Below are positions 1-10,068 of a DNA stretch of 64,000 nucleotides, piece after piece. The translations under genes were made by a program, and so were the position numbers. Source of the stretch: Nannocystales bacterium (GTDB lineage Bacteria; Myxococcota_A; Polyangia; Nannocystales; Nannocystaceae); NCBI GenBank assembly GCA_050633305.1, contig JBOEGF010000047.1, positions 32,001 through 96,000 on the forward strand, in the 5' to 3' direction. Under the pieces are notes generated by a model that saw only the letters and a list, made by a program, of their open reading frames with translations, made no database searches and was not told the DNA's origin. Positions within the stretch are counted from its first letter, which is position 1; each line of letters begins with the position of its first letter.

Positions 1-756
1 CTCCATCGGTGGAAGCCCCGAAGACAGTCGGGCCGCGATCCTGCGCTCGAGGTTCGACCTGAGCTCGCCTTGTGGCGGAGAATGCTTGGCGAGCAGAGCC
101 TGTGCATGCCGATCGAAGAACTCTCGCATCGCTGGGTTGCTCGACCCCGGGGACCGGTCGAGCACGCTCGCATCGAACTCGATGCTGTCCTCCGTACGCC
201 CGAACCCCGGCTCCACGCCGAAGTACTCCGTGTGGGCGCTGACCTCCTTGGGGGCCGCGTGCTGAAATGCGACCCCGGCACATGTGAAGTCCGGGTCCAA
301 CACCGCTCGCACCATCGCAACCCATCCTGCGAGCGCCCCCTCGTTGTCACACCGGTGACCGAGCGTTCGAGGTCCCGGGCGATGGAGCGAGAGGCGTGCC
401 CGCCCCGGCGAAGGACGCGTAAGCTCGAAGCGGATCGTGTCCGACGTGAGGTGGGTGTATCGGATGCCTCGCTCGAACGCTTCCCATCCCGTCGCGCTCG
501 TGACCGCTGCAAACCCTCGCACCTCGAGATCCGCGGCCGAGCGCATCCCACCCGCGAACACGGGGAACCCTGGATCGCGAAGCGTCCGCATGATCCGTTC
601 CCACAGGTCGTAGTGCTGGGTGATCGGAAGTCGCTTGTCGCGAAGCGCTTCCGGTGTCGACACGCCGAAGATATCCAGCAGCGGGCCAGCTTCGAGCCCC
701 CGTCGCCCCGCGGCTTCGACCACTCGCAGTGGAATCTGTGCGGTGATGCTCCCCAT
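1..756 (-). CDS. AraC-family transcriptional regulator, N-terminal ligand-binding part; runs off the window start
   Basis: Not in the ORF track because it has no stop in the window. Manual translation from ATG 756: MGSITAQIPLRVVEAAGRRGLEAGPLL...GFAAVTSATGWEAFERGIRY...VAFQHAAPKEVSAHTEYFGVEPGFG...IEFDASVLD...LSSGLPPME. This matches the AraC 'Arabinose_bd_2'-type pattern, ending just before the HTH. Confidence 0.8.
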   Translation of the reverse strand, partial: MGSITAQIPLRVVEAAGRRGLEAGPLLDIFGVSTPEALRDKRLPITQHYDLWERIMRTLRDPGFPVFAGGMRSAADLEVRGFAAVTSATGWEAFERGIRYTHLTSDTIRFELTRPSPGRARLSLHRPGPRTLGHRCDNEGALAGWVAMVRAVLDPDFTCAGVAFQHAAPKEVSAHTEYFGVEPGFGRTEDSIEFDASVLDRSPGSSNPAMREFFDRHAQALLAKHSPPQGELRSNLERRIAARLSSGLPPME

Positions 757-928
757 CCTGCGCTCCCGAGGTCACCTCGCGGCGCCCGACCATACCTCGA
801 CCGTCGTCGCGGCCGGCCCCCGTCGCAACACTCATCGTTATGGCGCCCCACCCGCTTCCACCGCGCCGGCGCCTTCGGGTCGAACGCCCGCGTGTTCGAC
901 CGATCGTGGAGCGTGTTAGCGTCGACGG

Positions 929-1426
929 ATGCAGCTGTCGAAGTGCAGTGGATGCGACCGGCTCATCGATACCCAAGCCTCGACGTGTGTGCATTGCCAG
1001 GTGCCTCAGCGGCGCGCCAGTTGGCGCGCAGCACACTCCGGATGGATCGCTCCCCTGACCATCGCCGGCCTCGCCCTGGGAACCTGCAGCGGCACCGCGC
1101 GTGCGAGCACCAGCACCGGAGCAGACATGCCAGGCTCGACCGGCGTCGCGAGCTCGACGGGGGCTGCCAGCTCGACCGGCAGCACGGGTTCGCCCCCCGC
1201 GGAGTCCACCACCGGCGACACGACGGGCGAGGAGCTGATGACAGGGTCCGGCACCGACACCGACGCCGCCACTGAACACGACACGGAGAGCTACCCGCCT
1301 GCCGAGCCCCACTACGGAACGTCCGCTTGGGGCTGCGACATCGGCGAGGAGGACACCCCTGCGGCGCCCGCCTCGATGCTCCTGCTGCTGCTCCTGGCCC
1401 AGCGTCGACGAAGCCGCGACGCCTGA
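929..1426 (+). CDS. MYXO-CTERM-anchored surface protein with N-terminal CxxC..CxxC ribbon and Ser/Thr-rich linker
   Basis: C-terminus GCDIGEEDTPAAPASMLLLLLLAQRRRSRDA (GC, hydrophobic stretch, Arg cluster). N-terminus CSGC...CVHC followed by a hydrophobic segment. TAGCGT lies 6 nt upstream of the ATG. Confidence 0.7.
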   Translation: MQLSKCSGCDRLIDTQASTCVHCQVPQRRASWRAAHSGWIAPLTIAGLALGTCSGTARASTSTGADMPGSTGVASSTGAASSTGSTGSPPAESTTGDTTGEELMTGSGTDTDAATEHDTESYPPAEPHYGTSAWGCDIGEEDTPAAPASMLLLLLLAQRRRSRDA

Positions 1427-1515
1427 GCGCGTTCGCTTCGCAGACGACTGCGTTTCACGCGGGTCGTGTCCTCGACTCATGCCCCGGCGCCCTCGCCCGC
1501 ACGGGGTCTCGATAG

Positions 1516-1983
1516 AGGCCGCCCTATCGCTCGAAGCAGGCCCAGGGCGGCGGAGACTCCTTCTTTCGCCTCCGCGGCGAAGAGCCCACCCCGACCTGAA
1601 AGAGCGGCCGCGCGGACGGCGGCTCGCTCTACGACACAGTCACGGACCTGGTGATCAACTCGGCGGGTGAGTTGGTGTTGAGCGGCACTTTCCTCTGGAA
1701 AGATCTCAACAACATCAGCCCCTACGCGGACCGGGACCTCTCGGCACTTAAGTTCGTGACGTTCGCCTTGGCGGGATATCGTACTGCCGATGGTATGGGG
1801 CTCTGGGCCGAGAGCTACGGCGGGGCCCATGGGGAGCTCAACAACGATCTCGTCGCGATGTCCGCGTCACCTGCAGGCAACGTGATCCTCGCCGGCTACT
1901 TCAAGGAGGCCGTTTCGATTCATGGATTGACCCTCCCTGCCACCACGACAGCCGACTTCTTTGTGCTGAGCACCGAGCCCTAG
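1516..1983 (+). pseudogene. Relic of a myxobacterial beta-propeller repeat protein (C-terminal blades only)
   Basis: Blade-like repeats DTVTDLVINSAGELVLSGTF / DLVAMSASPAGNVILAGYF / GGGDSFFRL / ADFFVL. In-frame TGA at 1597, where Trp would be expected, and TAG at 1513. No signal peptide or N-terminus. Confidence 0.55.
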
Positions 1984-2074
1984 CTTCGCAACGGTGCTCT
2001 CGTGCCGCTGGCCCTGCATCAGCTGGGCATGGAGCGGCCTCCCTTCGCCGCGCGCCGCACCGGGGTCAGGTCAT

Positions 2075-2102
2075 GCAAATGCGACAGCGCTGTCGCATTT
2101 GC
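2075..2102. repeat. Perfect 28-bp palindrome GCAAATGCGACAGCGCTGTCGCATTTGC
   Basis: The 14-bp arm GCAAATGCGACAGC is followed directly by its exact reverse complement, with no loop. Confidence 0.9.
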
Positions 2103-2239
2103 GCAGCCACACTCCCAGGCCAACCGGGGCCGCAGCCCAGCATCCCGGGTTCATCCGAGGACGTCGATGAACCGCGTGCTCTCGTCCACCGTCGGCTCCT
2201 GGCCTGGGGTTGTCCTCAACCGTGCCAGCGCCGCTTCGG

Positions 2240-2390
2240 TGGCCCCGACATTGGGATGCGACAGCTTGGTCAGCGCTTGGGCCTCCCGTACGCGCCGCTT
2301 CGCGGTCGGTATGGATCGTCGTGTCGGCTCCGGACTTCGGCCCGCGCAAAACCTTGAGGGCGACGCATCGATCCAGGTTGGGAGTCCGGC
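2240..2390 (-). pseudogene. Frameshifted fragment of a Ser/Thr protein kinase (subdomains II-IV)
   Basis: PNLDRCVALKVLR in one frame and KRRVREAQALTKLSHPNV in another. Compare PELERRVALKVL...REAKAAAQLSHPNV in the intact kinase at 15993. Coordinates approximate. Confidence 0.7.
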
Positions 2391-2674
2391 GGGTGAACGA
2401 CGTCAAGACGGAGCGGAGCTGCGAGGCGACTACAATGCAGTTCGGCGCTTCCACGGAGGCCCTCCTTCAAGGGATTCGCGGACGCTCTCTGGAGCCAGGA
2501 ACGAACCGAGACCGAGCCGGTCGACGCGGCAGTCCCCGATTTCGATCCCGTCGTTCGCCCGCGTTCCAAGGGCCGCCTGCCCTCGCGCTGGTCCCGGCGG
2601 GAGCCAGACGGACAAAAGCCCAGGCAGGATATCGGGAACGTTCGGCCGCCCGCGGCAACTGACCAGGAGCCTCT

Positions 2675-3347
2675 ATGCTGCTCCTGCCCCTCATGACGCT
2701 CACAGCTGCGACCGAAGCAGCCCTCGTGGCCTGGACCCCGACTCCGACCACGATCGTTCGCGCTTCCGAACCATCTGACCCCTCCGAACCGGCCGAACCA
2801 TCCGACCCCGGAAGCGATCCGTCGACACAGCCCACGACCGATGCTGCAGCCCCGATCACCGTTCAAAACGCAGGACGGCGTGAGCGTTGTGGACCTGGAG
2901 GACGAAGCATCGTGGGAAGGACTGTCCCCGGCGGCGAAGGACAGGCTCCGAGCGGAGCGCGCGAGACGGCAGGCCGAAGCCGTGGCGAGCCCGGAACCGG
3001 CGGACGAAGGCGCCCACGTGCCCGGCACCGACCTGGAGCGACCGCCGACCCGCTCCGCACCACGACCCCGGAATGCTCGTAAGCTGGAGACTTACTACAA
3101 GGACAAGGAGCGGCATCTCGTCATCGCGACCGCCGTGCTGGGAGGGGCTTGGGCGGTCCTGGTATCTACGAGCATCGGCCTTGCGTCCACGGGCAGCGGA
3201 ACGCCGGCGCTCTACGGCACGCTTGGGACGCTCACCTCCGCCGCGGGGCTGGGAACCATCGTCTCGGGCACACTCCTGGGGGCCCACCGGAACACGCGGC
3301 CGCTCTACTTCACCGCGGGGCGGGGTGGGATCGGCCTGCGGTTCTAG
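2675..3347 (+). CDS. Secreted/membrane hypothetical protein split by a single frameshift near 2865 (pseudogene or sequencing indel)
   Basis: AGGAG precedes ATG 2675, then a signal-like start and a Pro/Ser/Glu linker. Removing one A from GTTCAAAACG joins it to the 2841-3347 frame, which has two hydrophobic segments and ends ...GGIGLRF. Confidence 0.6.
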
Positions 3348-4045
3348 CGGCAGCCTCCGGCCCGTCGACGTCTACCCGTTCTCCCATGTACCTGGAGGAC
3401 ATCGCGAGGACTCGGTGTCTGACGAAGCGTTCTCCCCGGGGTCGGACAACCAACGATGACTGCTGTTCGTCCACGGATCGGTGATGCACAGCATTCTCCG
3501 GGGATCTGCTGGTCCGCATGCGACCTTGCCCAGGGTCCGTCCCTCTCGGCCAGGAAGCAGAGCTGTTTCAGAGGGCCCGGAGCGAGGCGACTCGGGCTGA
3601 TCCGAGAGCAACGTTGCGACGGCGCGATCCACATTCCGTGCAAGCTGCGCCCGCGGCATCTGCGCTGAAGTCCCCTGCCAGCTTCGAGACGAAGGGCACA
3701 CCAACCTCAACACGGATGTACACAACGAGGTGGAGGCCCCGTCGCCCTCGGAGACGAGCCAGGACTCGCAGTACCGCAAAGGCGACGCGCCGCTCGCAGG
3801 ACACCGAACGACGCAGCCCCTGTCCGCTCATCCCTCCTCATGGGCTGGGGTTGTGCGCGGCCGGGTCCCTCCGGTCCAAGACCTCCGCCGGAGTTCCCCG
3901 TCACTGCTGCGATCGAGCTCGCCGATGCCCGTCATGCCCGGGCCGCAGCCACCCACGCCAGTGCGTCGGCATGCCCGCCATGCCATCGTGAGCAACGACG
4001 GCGGTCCGAAGGAACGCCCTGTTTCGAGCCATTGACGACTGGCCT

Positions 4046-4717
4046 ATGCACAGACGAATTCAACTGACGACGACGATCGGGATCGGCCTGCTGGCAGGGT
4101 TGCTTTCTGCCTGCGGTGACGACGCTTCGGTCGGCACGGCCTCGGGCACCGGGACGGGCACCGAGGGAAGCGGTGCCGAGACGACCACCATGGTTCCATC
4201 CGACTCAAGCTCGAGTTCCTCGTCGAGCGGCACCACCCCAGACCCCACAGGTTCCGGAAGTTCCGGCGTGCCTGCATGCGAGCCCGACTTCACGCCCCTG
4301 CAGGCCGACGCCCTGCCCCGTTGCACGGACAGCACTCTGGAGTGTTGGCTGTCGTGCCCACTTCTCGACTCCCATGAATGCAGGTCGGCCTGCACCGCCG
4401 CCGACCCAACCCCGCCCCACGTTCTCGACGATGGCTCGACCGTCGACTGCGGCCGATGCATCAACCGAATGTTCGGCAGCTGTTGGGCGGATGCATGCCC
4501 CGAAGAAACCCTGGCCTCTCGCTGCTGCACTCAAGACTCGGGCTGCTCGGAGCAGTGCCTTGCGTTCGGGCCGTGCACCACCGAAGACCTCGAGTGCATC
4601 CGGACCGCGTGCGCCCCCGAGCTCAGCGCCCAGGCTGAATGCCTCGAGCAGACCGATGGGCTGGCCAGCTGCCGCGTCTCGAATGGCGGACTCGCCACGC
4701 AGTGCTTCGGCCCCTGA
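4046..4717 (+). CDS. Cys-rich lipoprotein
   Basis: Lipobox LLSAC, Ser/Thr/Gly linker, and a C-terminal domain with repeated CxxxC motifs. Confidence 0.8.
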   Translation: MHRRIQLTTTIGIGLLAGLLSACGDDASVGTASGTGTGTEGSGAETTTMVPSDSSSSSSSSGTTPDPTGSGSSGVPACEPDFTPLQADALPRCTDSTLECWLSCPLLDSHECRSACTAADPTPPHVLDDGSTVDCGRCINRMFGSCWADACPEETLASRCCTQDSGCSEQCLAFGPCTTEDLECIRTACAPELSAQAECLEQTDGLASCRVSNGGLATQCFGP

Positions 4718-5134
4718 CGCTCGACCGCGACGGAAGACGTGCGCAGTGCACCACCGAGACGCTGCGCTCTCGTCGGCTCCGGTCCGATGAGGTCGGGTCG
4801 ACTCGCCTGGTGTGTCGCAGATGTCGGAGGTTTCGCCACGCGAGCGCCCGGCCAGCAGTGGCCCGAAGTTCGATTCGCCGATGACCGGCCGGGGCTCGGC
4901 GGTCGCGTCTGCGGGGAGTACTCGCGCGGGGGTCATTCAGGCCGATCGAAGTCTCGGCCGCAAGCGTCGTTGTCGTTGCCACCTCCTGTCCCTCGGCTGC
5001 AGCGGCCGGTTTCTTGCTCGCGACCAGCGAGCGCAAGAGGTAGGCGCAGGGGACCGAATGTAGAGAGATGGAACACCGGACATTTTCCACGTAAGGCGGA
5101 TGACATCGGGGAACACCGGTCGTATAGTCCCCGA

Positions 5135-6073
5135 GTGCAAATCGCTCGGGCATTCTGTGCGGTCGCACTGGGGTTGACGGGCTGCCCCTCCTCCCAAGGG
5201 TTCGCCTGCGAGGACGACCACCAATGTGTCCAGAGCGGACAGGCTGGGGTCTGCCAGGCCAACGCGTTCTGCAGCTTCCCGGACGCCGATTGCCCCTCGG
5301 GGCATCGCTATAGCGAGCACTCATCGCATTTTTCGGGGCTTTGCGTCGGCGAGAACGAGAATCCCGGGGGCACGCAAGGGACCGACAACGGGGCCACGTC
5401 GTACACCCCCATCAACGAGCCCGAGACCGGTGGCGAGGAGACGTCCGGCGAGGGCACGACGACGACCGCCTCCGGCCCTTCACTCACCACGGGGAACGAG
5501 GACGCCGATTCCACCGAGTCATCGGGCACAGACGGGCCGCCAAACATGACGCTACGGAATCACAATGGTGAATGTGAAACCGGTAACGGAGTCGCATGTC
5601 TGTCCAGTGGTGACTATGTCGGGGACAATCACACGCAGGAGTGCTTCGAAAGCCCCTTGGAGCTTCCATTCTCGCTGCTCTCAGCCCGGTACTACGTCGG
5701 CAACGTCGACGAGGCACTCAGCGACTTTCGTCTCCAGGTACGCCCCGGATCCGAAGGAGCTCCCAGCGAACGACAGGTGCTCTTCGAGGTGCCTCTCGAG
5801 GCCGACGATGCGACACCTGGATGGCACACCTTCGTCCTATCACAGCCCCTGGAGATCACGGAGGCCGAGTTCTGCGTGGGGATTGCCGCTCCCGAAGACG
5901 GGCCCGGGGGCGGCGTGGGGATCGCCGCCGATTCGAATTCCTTACTGGTCTCCGGGCGCAGCTACTTTCGCTCCTCGCGCTGCGGGTTGGAAACGTTCGT
6001 CGACATCATGTCGCTCGACAACGTCTCCCCACAGCAGGGCAACTGGTGCATCGACGTCGAGGTCGGGAACTGA
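5135..6073 (+). CDS. Lipoprotein with Cys-rich N-terminal module, Thr/Ser linker and beta-rich C-terminal domain
   Basis: Start placed at GTG 5135 (TATAGT 6 nt upstream). Lipobox LTGC, then CEDDHQC...CSFPDADCPSG. Confidence 0.75.
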   Translation: MQIARAFCAVALGLTGCPSSQGFACEDDHQCVQSGQAGVCQANAFCSFPDADCPSGHRYSEHSSHFSGLCVGENENPGGTQGTDNGATSYTPINEPETGGEETSGEGTTTTASGPSLTTGNEDADSTESSGTDGPPNMTLRNHNGECETGNGVACLSSGDYVGDNHTQECFESPLELPFSLLSARYYVGNVDEALSDFRLQVRPGSEGAPSERQVLFEVPLEADDATPGWHTFVLSQPLEITEAEFCVGIAAPEDGPGGGVGIAADSNSLLVSGRSYFRSSRCGLETFVDIMSLDNVSPQQGNWCIDVEVGN

Positions 6074-6134
6074 GCGCACCTGAACTCCGGCCTGCACTGA
6101 ACGGCTCGCGGGCGGAGGCGTCCCGTCGGACCCG

Positions 6135-6536
6135 CTACGGCAGAAGCCACAGCGACCGGCCGCTGTCCGCCCAGAGGCTGTTCCCACTCTTGAGAGCGTA
6201 GAAACCCATCACGCAACCTGACTCACGGGCGCACGAGATGATCGCCGGTGGCACGCTCGCCGCCATGCTCTTGCTGAAGTTGATCGCCGGGGGCTCGGAC
6301 GAATTCAGCCCCCGGTCACTCCAGGCACACTGACCGTTCTGAAGCGATGCGCCGTTGCTGCTTCCGCTCGGCGCCTTCGAGAACCGGATCACCATGTGGC
6401 TCTTGACCATCTCCACCTTGAACTTGCCCTTGCAGAGCATCTTGTAGGAGCGGGCCGCCGCGTCGGCGTTCTCGGGAGCCACGGTAACGGTCATGAGGCC
6501 AAGGCCGAGGAGCGCTGCGATTCTTGAATACTTCAT
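6135..6536 (-). CDS. Small secreted hypothetical protein
   Basis: Signal peptide MKYSRIAALLGLGLMTVTVAPENADA, four Cys in the mature part, coding-like codon usage. Confidence 0.7.
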   Translation of the reverse strand: MKYSRIAALLGLGLMTVTVAPENADAAARSYKMLCKGKFKVEMVKSHMVIRFSKAPSGSSNGASLQNGQCAWSDRGLNSSEPPAINFSKSMAASVPPAIISCARESGCVMGFYALKSGNSLWADSGRSLWLLP

Positions 6537-6886
6537 TGTGGAGAGGCCTTCGGTTCTGTTGCGAGTCCGCCCACCCAATGCGCTTCCGCAGCTCCGTGGG
6601 GCTGGACGCACGGAGGCGCAAAGGTGCCGGGGGGTGGCCGAACGTCATCTTCGGGCCACAGACGTGCCCCGGGGACGAACTCCCTCACTTTTTCTTTGAC
6701 GTGGCTTCCGTACCCACCCGTGCTCATTTTCGCCCAGCGCGACGGGACGCCACCTCGAAGAGCCCTCGATGGCTCGACGTGCGGCAATTTCAGATTGCGG
6801 CGACGCAGATGGGTACGAGGGGCCAACGCACCCGGCAACGGAGGGCCCTCGCTCCCCGATGCGGTCACGCGACCCGGGACCGTCGG

Positions 6887-7423
6887 CTACCAGATCGTGA
6901 ACAGCGGATGCCAGGACACGGACAGCATCGCCCCGCTGCCCCACGCCTGGTCGTTCGAGAGCGGCTGGTACCAGTTGGCCTTCACCTCAAACGCGCCCGC
7001 GCGCTCGGTGTACACGCGCGCCGAGACGCCGGGTTCCGCCGCCGCAAGCAGCCCACTGCGCTCCGCGTGCACCTTCCCCCCGCCCGCGGTGATCGACAGG
7101 TCAGGACCCAACTCAAACCGGTCGTTTCCCAAGAGCGAGTAGTACCCCCGGGCTCCGCCCCAACCCAGCCGCGACTTGTTCGGGCCCATGCCCACCCGAG
7201 CGATCGCCATGAACCCAACCCGGTCCCACATGTATCCGAAACCGGTGCCCAGCGTCCCCAACTGTTGGTCGGACCGGCCGCGGTAGCTGCCGAAGTTGTG
7301 CATGTATCCGCCCTCCATCGGAACCAAAATGAGGTCCCGCTCTGGCGGAGCAGCGTTGGCGATGGGGACGCAGAGCAACGCGGTCAACCCGACCGCCGCA
7401 CCGATGATTTTGTTTCCAGACAT
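6887..7423 (-). CDS. Putative small outer-membrane beta-barrel protein
   Basis: Signal peptide ending ANA, alternating Gly/aromatic strands (LGTGFGYMW, WGGARGYY, FEVKANWY), terminal Trp. Confidence 0.65.
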   Translation of the reverse strand: MSGNKIIGAAVGLTALLCVPIANAAPPERDLILVPMEGGYMHNFGSYRGRSDQQLGTLGTGFGYMWDRVGFMAIARVGMGPNKSRLGWGGARGYYSLLGNDRFELGPDLSITAGGGKVHAERSGLLAAAEPGVSARVYTERAGAFEVKANWYQPLSNDQAWGSGAMLSVSWHPLFTIW

Positions 7424-7618
7424 GCCCTGCCCAACCCCAGGCCGGCGTCGCTCTTACGCGGGCATGGGACCGCTCGGCGAAGCGACGGGTTGATCGACCC
7501 TGCTGAGCGATCGTGTGGGGCCTCCCCACGTCTCCGGCCCCGATTTCGCGCGTCGGACCGCAAGACGCACAGGCCCCGCCGCAGAGCGTCCTCCACGAAG
7601 ATGGACACCTGGAGGCGG

Positions 7619-9913
7619 TCAGTCGAACAACGAGACTTGCAGGCCGGCGACCGCGGCAAAGCTGGTGCCCAAGAACTGCAGCAACCCATCTGCAGCAGGC
7701 GCGAGCTGACGCGACAGGTAGTGCTCATGGTCGAGGCGCCCGTGGGGCAACTCGACGGGTTCAGCGCCGCGTGCCGTAATCACGTAGCGAATCTCTCGAA
7801 CTTGGCGTCCGAGTTTTCGCGCCGCCTGGATGTGTGGTGGCACGTTCCGCTCGTAGGCATCCAACCGACGGCGAATGCGCTTGCGATAGACCAACTCGTC
7901 GTCGAGTTCGCCTGCACGAACCGAGCGGGCCAAGGCCGCCATCCATTCACGCCACGGCCGCTCGGCGAACACGCGCGCCAACAGCTCGCGTTGAAATCGA
8001 CGCGCCAGCGGAGTCCAGTCGGTCCGCACAGCCTCGAGCCCCTTGATCACGAGCTGCGCATCGGGCCCGGCGCCCAGGGTCCCCGCGTACCGCTTCTTGC
8101 TGCCTTTGTCCGAACCCCGCATGGTCGGCATCAAGAAGCGACGATAGTGGGTCTCGAACTCGAGTTCGAGGTGACTCTCGATTCCATAGGTGGAGGCAAG
8201 GTGTTCCGTCCAATGCCGATTGAGCTCGGCCGCCAAGCCCTCACCGATCTCGGCGCACCGCTGTGGAGTACCCACCCCCACGTGCACAAACACCGAATCG
8301 GTATCTCCGTAGATGACCTGGAGCCCCTGCTCCTCGATCAACGCCCGACTCTCCTGAATGATCTCGTGCCCGCGCAAGGTGATCGAGCTGGCCAGCTGGG
8401 GGCTGAAGAATCGGCACCCTCCGCTGCCGAGCACCCCGTAAAACGAGTTCATGAGGATCTTGATGGCACGTGACCGCGCGGCATCCTTCCTCCGCTTCGC
8501 CTCTTCCCGCGCCGCCCACAGGCCCTCGATCAACGCGGGAAGAATGTGGCCGTCCCGGGCAAAACTGGCCCCCTCGAAGCCCGGAATCGGATCCTCGCCG
8601 GGCACCGCGAGCCCCAGCGGATCGATCGCGAAGGTGCGGATGATGCTGGGGTACAGACTCTTGAAGTCCAAGACGAGCACGTTGTCGTAGAGCCCGGGCA
8701 ACGAGTCCATCACCCAACCGCCAGGACTCCCAAACACCCCCTCTCCGTCGCCAACATCGGGCGCCACGTACCCGCGACGATGTAGGCGAGGCAAGTACAG
8801 GTTGTCGAAAGCTGCGACCGAGCCTCCCTGGCGGTCCATCGGCAGCCCAGTCAACGCCTGGCGCTCGGTCGCAAACCCGACCAGATCCGCTTTCGCGAAG
8901 ATATCCAGCACCAAACGAGCATCTTGCAAGTTGTACGCGGCGAGGGCGGGCTTGTCCTCGGTGTGCAAACGGTTGATCTCGGCGACCGGGTCGGTGCCGT
9001 GTTCGATCTTCTTGCCACGACCGAGCAGGGCTTGGGCCACGTCTTCGAGCCGGAAACTCTCGAACGAAAAGGTGGCCGCGCGCAGGGTTGCGATGCCGTC
9101 GAGCACCGCTCGCCCTGCCACTCGAGCGATATGGGGCTGGCCGTCGTTCCGCGGCACCAAGACGGTCGCCCGCTCTCCGCCGCGACCCAAGGTGAACGGA
9201 ATCTTCAGCGCCTTGGCCTTGTGTTCGAGGTAGGCCAGATCGAACTCGACCACGTTCCAGCCCGCCAGGATGTCTGGGTCTACGGTTGCAACGTGCTCCA
9301 AGAAGCAGCGCAGCAGGGTCGCCTCGTCCGGAACCGCACGGTACGTGCCGTCGGCAGCTTCGCTCGGCGCCGTGATCCAAACCCGGTCGCCACCGTGCCC
9401 TGCTGCGGCGATCGACAGCAACGGTCCATCGAACCCCGCGGTCTCGATGTCGAAGGAGAGCAACGAGGTCGCCGTCGTGAAGTCGGTCCTCTCGACCCGC
9501 GGGTTGGTCACCTCGCGAAACCCATCGCGCGAGCGAAAGACCCCATGAAGTGCGAAGGCTCCCGTCACAAACCGTTCCATCAAGAAGCGGTCGTGAGGCT
9601 TGATCGCGGCCTCGAACGTCAGACCGCCGGCAGACCGAATGCGGTGCCGTTCGGTGCTCAGCGCCCGCTGAGAGCTGAAGTAGGCCGCGTCGACGGGCGC
9701 ACCGCGCAACGTCGAAAGCTCGACAGAACGACGGCGCCCCTCTTGGGTGGGTGTCGCCCGCTCGACGAACATCACCGCATCTTGCCCGGTCAAGACCGCC
9801 TTGACCGGTCCCCGCGCGGACGCCCCCCAGAACGTGAGTTCCAGGCCGTCGCGGCGGTCGAACCATTGACGGGTCAGCAGGACCGCCGAGACCGTCTCGG
9901 TCGCGGACTTCAT
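7619..9913 (-). CDS. polB: DNA polymerase II (family B)
   Basis: Exonuclease motifs FDIET, GWNVVEFD and YNLQD. Polymerase motifs DFKSLYPS, KILMNSFYG and YGDTDS. Also KKRYAG and KGLEAVRTDWT. Confidence 0.95.
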   Translation of the reverse strand: MKSATETVSAVLLTRQWFDRRDGLELTFWGASARGPVKAVLTGQDAVMFVERATPTQEGRRRSVELSTLRGAPVDAAYFSSQRALSTERHRIRSAGGLTFEAAIKPHDRFLMERFVTGAFALHGVFRSRDGFREVTNPRVERTDFTTATSLLSFDIETAGFDGPLLSIAAAGHGGDRVWITAPSEAADGTYRAVPDEATLLRCFLEHVATVDPDILAGWNVVEFDLAYLEHKAKALKIPFTLGRGGERATVLVPRNDGQPHIARVAGRAVLDGIATLRAATFSFESFRLEDVAQALLGRGKKIEHGTDPVAEINRLHTEDKPALAAYNLQDARLVLDIFAKADLVGFATERQALTGLPMDRQGGSVAAFDNLYLPRLHRRGYVAPDVGDGEGVFGSPGGWVMDSLPGLYDNVLVLDFKSLYPSIIRTFAIDPLGLAVPGEDPIPGFEGASFARDGHILPALIEGLWAAREEAKRRKDAARSRAIKILMNSFYGVLGSGGCRFFSPQLASSITLRGHEIIQESRALIEEQGLQVIYGDTDSVFVHVGVGTPQRCAEIGEGLAAELNRHWTEHLASTYGIESHLELEFETHYRRFLMPTMRGSDKGSKKRYAGTLGAGPDAQLVIKGLEAVRTDWTPLARRFQRELLARVFAERPWREWMAALARSVRAGELDDELVYRKRIRRRLDAYERNVPPHIQAARKLGRQVREIRYVITARGAEPVELPHGRLDHEHYLSRQLAPAADGLLQFLGTSFAAVAGLQVSLFD

Positions 9914-10068
9914 CGCGGGACGCAGTCTACATGCGTGCCCTCCGGAGTCGACCCCACGCGACCCGTGAGACCGCGCTCTGCCGCAACGAACCCGTGACAT
10001 GTGCTGGACCTCGGGCGAGACGCGCGGACGCGCGACCAGGAGCCATACGCATCCGGTACAGTATCGGT

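Noticed and set aside
70..1275. 401-aa + strand ORF
   Set aside because: Arg/Pro-rich shadow that is antisense to the AraC gene and out of frame with the MYXO-CTERM gene.
3350..4040. ~700-bp gap with ORF 3568-3831(-) preceded by GAGGAGG and ORF 3372-3779(-)
   Set aside because: No recognisable motif and mutually overlapping candidates, so no gene call can be supported.
6524..8473. 649-aa + strand ORF
   Set aside because: Antisense to polB and the barrel gene; a typical high-GC shadow ORF with no motifs.
7619..9913. Family B polymerase as a mobile-element (casposon/pipolin/phage) marker
   Set aside because: Sequence matches cellular DNA Pol II along its length, with no integrase, cas1 or terminal repeats nearby.
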